A stretch of DNA of 64,000 bases from Utricularia gibba (lineage: Eukaryota > Plantae > Magnoliophyta). Location of the stretch: positions 744,001 to 808,000 of the forward strand of contig NEEC01000020.1 in assembly GCA_002189035.1 (NCBI GenBank). Reading direction: 5' to 3'. The translations under genes and the position numbers were made by a program. The notes below the pieces were generated by a model. That model saw nothing but the letters and a program-made list of their open reading frames with translations. It was not told the DNA's origin and searched no databases. Below are positions 1 through 11,529 of the stretch, one piece after another. Numbering within the stretch: position 1 is the first letter of the stretch; each line of letters begins with the position of its first letter.

Positions 1-939
1 TTTGACACATGAAAACAAAATGATAATCCACAACTTAGATACACCACATGCTTTTTTTTTTCCACTATGCTCTCTAAATAAAACCACACATTTCTAGCAA
101 TGGGAGCTTTATTAAAATTTCTCATAAGACTAATATACATGTTCTAACCAAACTATTACCTCTATGCCATGCTTGAGAATTAGTATCATTAGTATTAGGC
201 ATGGGCAATAAAATAAAACCCTACTATTATATACAAAGTAGATCCAAAGACAAAAATTTTTGTTACCATTTAGACAGAATCTTAGTCTTTTTGTCTAATC
301 TTTGAATTATTTTATTATTTATTAAAAAAATTAAAATATGAATAGGTTGTGAAATTTATTTAATTTATTATTTTCATATCTATATGCAGTTGTAGAATTG
401 CATTCCATTATCCCATAATATGGTCAATAAAGAACCTCAAATATTCAGTCTTTTGCTCATTTTGAATATAATGATTTTTCATGATTTTGAATATTATATT
501 ATTTTGAAAAATTACAATTGTTCTCCAACTTCTGTTACCTGTTGAGTTAATTTTAATTTAGTTTCTCACATTTCCAAAATATTATTTTTATAATAATTTT
601 TAAAATATAAAAAATATATATTTTACTACATTAAATACACTAACTCTCAAAAAATGATAGTATGAAATTATTAATTCTCAAAATGATATTATAAAAATAT
701 TAATTCTCAAAATGATATTAAAATGGAAGCCCTAACATGGTGCTTAGCGATGTGTAACATGTTTGACTTGTGTCCAGGTTTGAGCTTTCTAAAAAGGGAA
801 ACTAACGAGGAGAGTTCTCCTCTCCCGCTAACGATTCTATTGAAGGAGCCCATTTAGTGCTCTTCTTTTCTCCGTAAACGATTCGGAATCTCGTTGTTGC
901 ACCTCTCTGGAATCAGCTCTGTGTGGGTTTTTTAAAAAA

Positions 940-2122
940 ATGTCGACTTCGCGTCACCCTGCTGCCACAGACGACAGCGGTCCCGCCGCGACGGAGATGG
1001 CGCCGCCGGCGTCGGAAAACGAGGGGAGGGATTCCAGTGCATCCATGGAGAATGTGGATCTGGAATCCGGGGTTAGCAACACTGAAACTGGAGTTTCGCC
1101 AAGGAATGGAAGAGCAAATTGCAGGATTTGCCATCTCAGCATCGATGCCACGCATCAGGATTCTGGGAATAGTTTCGAACTGGGGTGTTCATGTAAAGAT
1201 GATTTGGCTGCAGCCCACAAACAGTGTGCCGAGACTTGGTTCAGGATCAAAGGAAACAGGTGAGTTACATCATATCACCATGTCTATTTGTTCAAGTTAA
1301 GATGAAGCATTGCTATCGAAAATTTTTGAAATTTGTTTTTATTTTTTAAAATTATTTTTAAAAAAATTAAAATTAAACAATTATTTATTTTTCTAAAAAT
1401 AACTTTTTATAGTATAATTTTAAAAATATTTTTGATAGAATTATTTTTATAATTAAAATTATTTTATAACAAAATTATTTTTACTTCTTAAAAATAAAAA
1501 TAAAATTAAAATTTTAGGTAATACTTCTTAAAACCAAAATTTTATACAATAGTTATTTTTCATACATAATAAAATTAGAATGATTAATTTTCAAATTCAT
1601 CCATAACTCGGTCAATTTTAAAAAATAACCATTTTAACATTCAATCTTACATACTAAGATCAAAATTTTATACATAGGATATTTATTTTTCAAACACAAC
1701 AAAAAAAGTTTGGTTACTTTTTTTCTTATGCCAAATGCGGTCAAAAGATGGCATTTTTATACGTTTGGATCGCCTTCTGGTTGTCTGTCTTCATTTGGAG
1801 TTCCTTTAAGCTTTGTTGCCAGCAGCTTGGTCCTCATCTGAACTCTGTTTCTGAGTCCCACAGGACTTGTGAGATATGTAAATCTACAGCTTGGAATGTG
1901 AGCAGAACCGTCACGGCCAGAGCCTATACAGGCCACGCCGAAAGTTGGCACGAGGAAGAGGAGGATGAGCGCCGGAGAACGTGCCACTGCCATTGGTTCC
2001 TACAGTTCCTGGTGGGGTGCATCGCCTTTGGCCTCATTATCTTCTTGGTTTGCCGCTTCAAGATGGACCCTGAGGGAGCGGCACTTGCTTCCACTTTCCG
2101 GGGCATCGCTGGCTTTCTATAA
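940..2122 (+). CDS. RING-CH (RINGv, C4HC3) E3 ubiquitin ligase with C-terminal transmembrane segment
   Basis: Exons 940-1259 and 1864-2122 with a GT-AG intron join to give CRICH...GCSCKDDLAAAHKQCAETWFRIKGNR|TCEIC, then a hydrophobic FLQFLVGCIAFGLIIFLV segment. Confidence 0.9.
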
Positions 2123-2368
2123 TCAGCAGTTTTCTTTGTGCAGCAAACAGTATATAGCAAAATTGACTAGACAAATGATACCAATGAATTGATTCTCATA
2201 TTCCAAAGATTGTAGATGATTGCAAGAGAGCATGAATGCAATTCATGTCTTTTTTTCTTGCGTTAACAGAATAGATAGACGCATCAAACAAAGTCACGGT
2301 ACAAAATGAAGGATTCTGCTCCAGGAAACAAACTGCAACATGGGCCAAATAGTGAAGAAGATGAATTT

Positions 2369-2945
<577 letters not shown>

Positions 2946-3397
2946 TCAATTCAAGCTGCAGAGATAAAATTGGCCTGATCATACAATCACAAAACGCGAT
3001 CTTAGACAATCTCTACAGCCAGAACAATTTCCCTCCCGATAACTCAAGACCCACCATAGTCCCCATTCACCGAATACCAAAATCAGACATGATAAAACCC
3101 CAAATCAACATCCATCACAAGTCGCAATCCCATCTCAGAAGAAAATTAAATCTTTCATTACAAACACCCTACACCAGATTCGTAACAAAACAGAAACGAT
3201 GATCTCGTACAGCATAAAAACACCACCTCGAAAGCTCACGTAATTCAAACAACACGATGGTTATGAAACAAGAACGTTACGAACGAGAAATGAACCTAGG
3301 AATCCGGCCGGCCGCTGCGTCACAAAACGCTTCCAAATCTGCGGAGACCTGCGGCTTAATTCGTTATAGCGTGACGGCGAGGGTTTTGCCGACGAAC

Positions 3398-3430
3398 ACT
3401 GGGCTAATAAGCAAATACCCTGGGCCCAAA
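3398..3430 (-). promoter_or_regulatory. Site II (TGGGCY) motifs in the RPS15A promoter
   Basis: TGGGCT near 3399 and TGGGCCCA near 3421 lie just upstream of the UTR exon. This arrangement is typical of plant ribosomal-protein promoters. Confidence 0.6.
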
Positions 3431-4326
3431 GTTGGTGGTGGCAAAGTAAATAATGAATTTACCTCTTTGCCCCCAATATAATACCCTTTCATATTATGGA
3501 TATATATATATATATAATATTTTGTATTTTGGTACAAAAATTTATTAAACTGATGAAAAAGAAAAAAAACATGAGATGCCATTTGCACAAGGAAAAAAAT
3601 AAATCATAGAGCCAAATTTGGTTAAAATGAAGGGAATATAGTGATTTTGTTTATTAGTATTAGGTACCAATTTAGTTGAAATTAAATATTTTTACCGATC
3701 TTTTACAAAGTATTTATTTTTTCTCTTGTACAAATGAAATCTTCTCATTAATTATTAATGAGAAAAGCAAAACCAACAATTTATATTCAATTTATTTTTT
3801 TGATTTCGTCATTGTTTTGGATTGAAATTTTTTTATAATTAATTGAATCCTAGTCTTTAATTTTTAATATGATTATTATAAAATATTAGAATATAATTGT
3901 ATAAATATAAGATTTCCCACTCTTAATTTTATTTTATTTTTATAAAAGTTATTAGATCGAACTTAAAAAATTATAAGTTAAAATTGAATAGAATTTAATT
4001 GCATGTTGGACCCATCATTTTAATTTTTTATAAAAAGGTATGGGTTTTGATTGAATATTATGGATTTTAATCTGGTTTTTTTAATATTCTACAATTTTTT
4101 ATTATTATGAGAAATTATGGAATTATTTATTATATATAATAAAATTTAATGACAGGTGGAAATTCGGTACTAAATCAACAAATATGATGAAAGTCTCCTC
4201 TTTCGCTTTTATAGTCCTACTTGCGCGAGGATTTTCAACTTTCAAGACGATTCTTCTTCTGCTGCAGGATCACGCGCATTTCTCTACTCTTTCGCCCGTA
4301 GATTTTCTCTTATCAGTTCGGCGATC

Positions 4327-5204
4327 ATGGTAGTTATCTTCCTGCTACGTTTCCTGGCGATCGTATGCATCAGTTGGTTTTGTAGCTTTGTTGGATCTGG
4401 TGCTGTTTTAGCGCTTCCTTTCGAAGGATTGAATCTCAAGTTTTTGATGTTTTCCGCCCTGATTTTGGATTAGTATGGGATTTCTGGTTGTCTAATGATG
4501 TTGCATCATGCTTTAGAGAGATCACGTTGATGTAGATTGGCGATTGTAGGCGCTTTTTGTTCTATTATGATTTGGTCATCAGGTGTTTGTTTATTTATCT
4601 GCGAGTTGTACCCTGTGTCGGCTAGAAACTGCAATTGTTCCCGTATTCCATCCCAACTCTGAATCAGAACTCAGATTCGTTGCCATGGATTTGTTGCAGT
4701 TTGATCCTTTGTGAATGCAGGCAAATGCAGCATCAGGAATGGCAGTGCACGATGACTGCAAATCAAAGTTCATGGAGCTGAAGGCGAAGAGAACACACCG
4801 CTTCATTGTTTTCAAGATCGAGGAGAAGCAGAAGCAGGTGATCGTTGAAAAGCTAGGAGAACCAACCCAAACATACGAGGACTTCACTGCATCCCTCCCT
4901 CCAGAGGAGTGCAGATACGCCATCTATGACTTCGAGTTCCTCACCAAGGACAATGTCCCCAAAAGCAGGATCTTCTTCATCGCATGGTAAGCACATAACC
5001 ACCCTCATTCCCTCTTAATATCCCACAACTGACACCATTTTTCTCTTCCCACAGGTCCCTGACACTGCCAAAGTGAGAAACAAGATGATATATGCAAGCT
5101 CCAAGGACAGGTTCAAGAGAGAGCTGGATGGAATACAGGTTGAGCTCCAAGCAACTGACCCAACTGAGATGGATCTCGATGTCTTCAAAAGCCGCGCCAA
5201 TTAA
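4327..5204 (+). CDS. ADF: Actin-depolymerizing factor (apparent 1-nt frameshift at the exon 3 start as assembled)
   Basis: The ATG-only first exon (4327-4329) is typical of ADF genes. Exon 2 (4721-4986) reads [14 protein letters not shown]...RIFFIAW and exon 3 (5055-5204) reads ...[38 protein letters not shown]. The junction is 1 nt short. Confidence 0.95.
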
Positions 5205-5972
5205 GCTCATCTGCAGCCTCTTTCATCCATAACCGTCAATTGTCAACTCTTTGTATAATAGACTGTGAAACCCCTTCTCTGTGGCTGCTTACTGAGAAAT
5301 GACTCTGTATTCTGGCTTCTTGGTAGTCACTTCCCCGTACTGAACCAGGAGGATACGGTGTCGTTTGTCCTTTTTTTTTTGTTTTTATGAAAATATAATT
5401 TCCAAATTAAAGAAAGTTCATCATACTTTTAAAAATACTTTAATTTTCAAAATGCTTAAAAAAACCCGGTAATTTGCTTTTCCTTTATTCTCCATTCTTT
5501 TTTTAATTTAAAATAAAGTTAGCGGGGGAGCTAGTTGAATTAATGCAAACATTTGATTTGAAAAACATTTCATTAAAATATTCTATTATTATTATTATTA
5601 TTAGCTATAGGACCCATACTTTTATTTTCTAATATGTAATTTTTAGTAATTCGTTTATAAAATAATATTATTTAGTAAAGAAACATGGATGAATTAAATT
5701 TGAATCTCACTAAAAATAAAATAAAAAATTCAATAAATATTTGAACTACAGTACAACCTTATTTTAAACATAGATCACACAAGCCCCTTTTTGATATGAT
5801 GCTCGGCCGTTTCCGGTACTTGGCAGCGGCATGTGAGCGGAGCCCTTCTGTTCTCGGAGCTCCTCCAGCGCAACTTGTCCACTTCACGGGCTCGACTTGT
5901 CTTCCGATTCGCGGCCCCCCCAGCCCCACCTCTTGATCCTCACACGCCGCCGCTCTGATTCCGTCGCCGGCG

Positions 5973-6551
5973 ATGAACCCCTTCCGTGAACTGGGCATCG
6001 GCCTCAGCGTCCTGTTCGGGTTCGTTCTCCTTGGGATCGTCGCTGATCTCTACTACTACCATTGGAAGAAGAGAATCATCGCCGCTGCGGACGGGGGAAG
6101 CCAGCTTCCCTGCTCACCGTCCTGGTTTTACTGTTCTTTCCGGTGGCCTGGGCGGAGGGAGCCGGCGCAGGAACTGGTGAAACTGCAGGCTTCTTCTCTC
6201 TTCACCATTGTGGAGGAAACCAAGGAGGATCTGGAATCGAACGGATCGAGGAGGAGCGTGTTCACCCCGCTACCTTCGCCGCCGCGGAAGGACGGAATGG
6301 AGTTGATGCGGGCTTCCCCGCCGCCGACTTTCAGGTTCATGAGGGACGCGGAGGATAAGCTTCTGAGGAAGATGGTAGAGCAGGAGGCGGAGATGCAGAG
6401 GAGGTTCAAGAAACAGGGGAGCAATGGGGACTCTTCGTTGCTTCCTCCTGACAAGCAAAACTCCGGTCAGGCGGTCTGGTTTTTGTCCCAGTCCAGGGCT
6501 ACTGTTAACGGAGTCGGAGAAGAAACTCTGCACCACTCAGTTTCGATCTGA
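5973..6551 (+). CDS. Uncharacterised plant protein with N-terminal transmembrane helix
   Basis: Single-exon 192-aa ORF. The N-terminal GIGLSVLFGFVLLGIVADLYYYHWKKR and internal TPLPSPP / SPPPTFRFMRDAEDKL motifs match a plant family of unknown function that I recall (At5g59350-like). Confidence 0.8.
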   Translation: MNPFRELGIGLSVLFGFVLLGIVADLYYYHWKKRIIAAADGGSQLPCSPSWFYCSFRWPGRREPAQELVKLQASSLFTIVEETKEDLESNGSRRSVFTPLPSPPRKDGMELMRASPPPTFRFMRDAEDKLLRKMVEQEAEMQRRFKKQGSNGDSSLLPPDKQNSGQAVWFLSQSRATVNGVGEETLHHSVSI

Positions 6552-8689
6552 AGCTGTCCCTGCCAACTAATTGAGATTGTTTTTTTATTTATTAATTTTC
6601 TTTTCGGCGCTCTTACCATTTAATTCGTCCTTTATTTTAAGCCCATATTTTAAAATATTATAATAATTTAAGCATTAATTATATATTATTAATTAAAACA
6701 TATTAATTAAACTATATTAAATTTAAGCATTCTCATCTACAATAAATCCCATTATTTTTTTGAATTTTTAAAAAACCTTTAAGAAATTATACTCTTTTTC
6801 TTGAAATTTTATCCATTTAAACTGTTTACACACCACATTATCATTATTTTTTTCATTTAAATCTCTATCAACACTTAGTAGAACGAACTATCTAAAATCC
6901 AAACCCGACAAACGCATTCGGGTCTATTGGATTCGTTTTCTGTAATTGGATCCTTTTCAACCCAAAAATTTACAAATATTTTTTCGTTCAATTAATATCT
7001 TTAAATTATTTCGAATTTGTGAATCAAATAGACGTTTTGACGTCACATAAATGTAATTATGAAATGAGGGCACCACAATCAACTATATGGAATGATGTCG
7101 TTGCCACTCATTGATTAATTTCATGATGATTAAAAAAAATTCAAAACTTTAATTATTTCATGGTTGAATCTTTACATGCCCAAGTGGAGGACATTCCATG
7201 TGATTCTACCTGTAAACGAGTAAATTTGCAGGTCCTAAATTATAAAAATAGTCATATTTTAATATATCTATGTAATAAAATTGATCATTTTAAACATTAA
7301 TATTTTGTTTTAGTGTGTAAGTTAAATTGATTATTTATTATTATTATTATAAATAATTTTGGTTCGATTTGATAGAGAACAATTTGAATTCGAATTTGAT
7401 TCAACTTAATTCGAGCTTTCGATAATTTTTATAATTTTTAATATCTTATGATAAAGAAACTACTATCAGTTTATGTTCATCCAACTTATGAGGAGAAGCT
7501 CTTTTTATATTCTTTTAATAAACTAGTGGTAGTAACTTCTTTGTCACCATTTGAGGTCATATGATATTATAATGCTTATTGTTCTTTAGATCAAATGTTA
7601 AAATATTACCAAAGTAAATAAGTTACTTTTTTTGTATTATACTTTTTAAAAAAATATATCAAATTACTTTTTATAACAAGTGATTTTTAAGGAATTACAT
7701 TAGGTCCATTAGAATTATGAAAGAATAACTTCTTTAATAAAAGTAAGTTTTAAAAATTGATCATAAGATTTGAATTTACAATCACATTCATTTACAAACT
7801 ATTGAAATTTTTATTTTAAATATATTTTTAATAAAATTATATGCAAATCATAATTTAATATAAATATAATTTATAGATTTATGTAATATTTCTATAATAA
7901 AAATGATTTATAAAATATAATTATTAATAAATATTTCGAAAAAAATGATTTATCATTTTTTTACATCATTTAATCAATTTTATAATAAGTATTTTAAAAA
8001 ACACTTGAAAAAAATAAGAAATAAGAAATAGAAACATGTATTTTTATAAGAAATATAAAGTAAGAATTCTCCAATTTTTTGTTTTCTTCAAATGGGCTCC
8101 ATAACGGCCCTCCCTCACTTGGGCCTTCCCTGTATTGGGCCCCTAATCCGATCCATCCTTTTAATTACCATTTAACCCCTTGTCTTTCTCCATTTACATA
8201 CCTTCCATGCTTCATCAAATGATTAACCTTGACAGAGGTCAACAACCCTGGAGTCAGGTCAATGTCTAATTTTTTACCACGTAAGGTTGGATCCATTTTC
8301 ACATTTACTAAGATAAAAAAAATTATACTAAATTTGGTTAGTTTCTTATATACGTATTAAATGATGAATAGATTTCTAAATCAACTTTTGTATTGGCAAG
8401 AGTCTAATTTGTGCCCCATTTTTACAAATTTTTAGGGTAGAAGTCAATTTTTACATTTTTGAGTTTTTAAATTAAAGAAAGAAAGAATGATTTACATCTA
8501 TTTTTTGCGATATTGTTCATTTGTATATGTAATATTCATGGTTTCATGTTTTTTTGTCTTTAACTTTCCTTTTCATAAGGTTACTTATTCCCAAATTACT
8601 AAAAATCAAACATACTTAACTTTGTAATTACTATTAAGGACCCTCCATTATAATCTAAAAAAAATCTCGTGTTAGATGTGTGCAATTAA

Positions 8690-8900
8690 GAGTCTGTTTG
8701 GTACAGCTTATGTTTCAGTAGAAGCACTTCTAGAAGCAATTCTCAAATAAAACACGTGTTGGTTCTCTTTTACATGAAGTTGAAATAATGAAGTGTTTCG
8801 ATTTTTTTTAGAAGCTGAGGTACTCCTGCTAAAAAAAAACTAAAGTACTTTTAGAATCATTTATTTGAAGTTATTTTTTGATGCAGTACCAAACAGACCC
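8690..8900. mobile_element. Tourist-like (PIF/Harbinger) MITE, 211 bp
   Basis: The left TIR GAGTCTGTTTGGTACAGC and the reverse-complemented right TIR GGGTCTGTTTGGTACTGC match at 16/18 positions. TAA target-site duplications lie at 8687-8689 and 8901-8903. Confidence 0.88.
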
Positions 8901-9817
8901 TAAGTTATCCAATCTTATCCTCTTCTTTCTCTACTTCCTCTACTTATCATTCATAATCAATGTGAAATTCGCCTAGGACACTTCCTCATAAACTTCACAA
9001 TCTTTACTAAGATTTACCTCATCATCGATTATGATCCTAAATTTGGTTTTGATATCAAATATAATCATCAACACACACATGGTTATATATATATATATAG
9101 CAAGGAGTGATGTCCATGATTAAGGTTGGAGACAGATTTTAAAATCAATCGATTTGAATTGATTACTCATTATTTGAAATTAGATAGGTAAATCGATCAA
9201 TTGAGTTGTAATTTTTTTATATATTTAAAAAATCATATATATTTAAATCTTTGAACACTTTTTTGTGATTTAAATCATGAATACTCCATTAATTGCACTT
9301 TAACTGATTTTTCTATCATATTTATATTAATATATTTGAATAATTCTTTCTTTTCTTTTATTGATGGACATAGGGAGTTTGACCGGTTCAATTTCAAAAC
9401 CGGTTCAGCTTTGAAATCCGTTTTGAAAATACAGGTAGGGAAATAATTAGGACAGATTGCCTGAAGATTTTTTTTATGGTGATTAGTCGTAATTATTTAA
9501 GTTTAAATGTCAATTGTTAGGACAAGTTGGTGGCGGTAATGAAGAAGATGACGACTCAGTCGTCGGCGGCACTTCCTTCCCCTACAATTTCTGACTTCCT
9601 TTTCTGCAACTGGATGCAATAATTCATTCCCCCAGTTGTGAAATTTCATTTTCTGTAATTATTTCCATCGCGGGAATCAAGCTGCCCCGGCAACATCTCA
9701 AGGGCACGCTTTCCCGACACTCTCCTCCTGCATTCATTCATTCGCATACGGAACGGAACCTGCTTGCTTTTTTTATGGTGTTCTTCTAGCTGGTTGTTGG
9801 GGAAAAGGCCGTGCGTT

Positions 9818-11529
9818 ATGGGTCAGGGGCTGAGCTGCAGTGTGACTGAGGAAAAGGAGCTTTTTGGGGCTGTTCAGAGAGGGGATGTGGAGTACGTTCA
9901 ACAAGCGTTGACAGGAGATTCTTGTTCTTCTCTTCTTCGTAGCTTCACATCATTCGATCGCAACTCTGTTCTGCATGTTGCTGCGGCTGGTGGCTGCTAT
10001 GAGGTGGATCGATATCTTGGGAGAAAAGCTCTGTTTTGTGTTGATCGTTTTGTGGGTTGTTAATCGTCCGTTTTACAGATTGTTTCCTTGCTTCTGGATT
10101 TATCTGTGAAGCCAGATGTTTTGAATCGGCATAAGCAGGTTTTTCTTTTCTTTCAATGAGGGATCTGCAGTTTTCTGGTCGATTTTTGTTCTGTTGAATG
10201 TGGTTTCTGGTGTTCACAGACTCCATTGATGTTGGCTGCGCTGCACGGCAAAATATCATGTGTGGAGAAGCTCATTCAGGCTGGTGCCAATGTGAGTATA
10301 CAGAGAAAACTCAATGTTTGCTTCTTCTTTTTCTTCCGGGGCTGACTTTTTTCCCCTCTTCCGAGGTTAGATTATTGTATTTGATTCAGCTAATGCAAGA
10401 ACCAGCCTGCACTATTCGGCGTACTATGGCCATGCTGATTGCCTAGAAGCCATTCTCTCTGCAGCGCGCACCTCAAGAGTTTCAGCTTCATGGTAGATTT
10501 CACTTCCCCTGTTTAACATTCCATTCTGGTCTTTGACGACTGAGAATCTCAGGGGATTTTCAAGATTTGTGAACATCAGAGATAAGAAAGGAGCAACTCC
10601 TCTGCACCTAGCAGCGCGTAGAAGACATCCAGATTGCGTCCGAATGTTGCTGAACAACGGAGCCCTTGTTTCAGCTTCCACCGGTGGATATAAGTACAGT
10701 TTTCCTCCCCTAAGTTGCTGAATCTTTGCTATGGAGGACATAGAAACACTTTTCTGAATGTGTTCAGTGTTGCAGCTTTCCTGGTAGCAGCACCCCACTT
10801 CATTTTGCTGCAAGAGGAGGGTGTCTGGATTGCATCAGAGAGCTGCTCGCATGGGGAGCTGATCGCCTTCAGAGAGATGCTTCTGGGAGGATACCATATG
10901 TAGTAGCTTTAAGGCATAACCATGGAGCCTGCGCTGCACTGCTGAATCCCTCTTCCTTGGAGCCTCTTGTCTGGCCTTCCCCTCTGAAGTTTATGAGTGA
11001 ACTCAATGCAGATGCAAAAGCTCTTCTGGAACAAGCTCTGATGGATGCTAACAAGGGAAGGGAGAAAATCATCTTGAAAGGCAATGGCTACTCCATCCTC
11101 TCCCCCTCAGGTTCGGATTCCGGGATTAACAACGACGAAAATTCGGAAGAAACCGAAATGGATCTCTGCAATATATGCTTTGATCAAGCATGCGAGATCC
11201 AGGTTCAGGATTGTGGACACATGATGTGTGCACAATGCCTTCTGGCGTTGTGTTGCCACAACAAGCCGAGCCCTACAAGCTCTTCACCTCCCAAACTCGT
11301 TTGCCCCTTCTGCCGCAGCAGCATCAGCAAACTCAGTGTAGCAAATGCTAAAGAAGAAGGAGAAGTTGATCACAATGTCAACTTCTCAAAGCCTCAGAAA
11401 ACATGGAGATCTAGGAACCAAAGTGAGGAATGCAGCAGCCTCAAGAGCTTGTCATTTAGAAGAACCGGGCATGGCTCCGGCGGAATCGAGCCGCTCGACA
11501 AGCCGGCATGCGTAAGGCCGGTCACATAA
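9818..11529 (+). CDS. XBAT31: Ankyrin-repeat RING E3 ligase, XB3/XBAT31-like
   Basis: Exons 9818-10003, 10079-10138, 10220-10291, 10371-10492, 10553-10693 and 10776-11529 are all GT-AG and in phase. The protein has an MGQGLSC myristoylation-type start, ankyrin repeats (TPLMLAA, TPLHLAAR, TPLHFAAR) and a C3HC4 RING (CNICFDQ...CGHMMCAQC...CPFC). Confidence 0.95.

Noticed and set aside
1260-1863. Unusually long, very AT-rich intron in the RING-CH gene as a TE insertion
   Set aside because: No TIRs or target-site duplication could be identified.
5796-5936. 46-codon ORF upstream of the TM-protein gene
   Set aside because: Its ATG lies at the edge of AT-rich DNA, probably upstream of the TSS, and its end depends on a C7 run.
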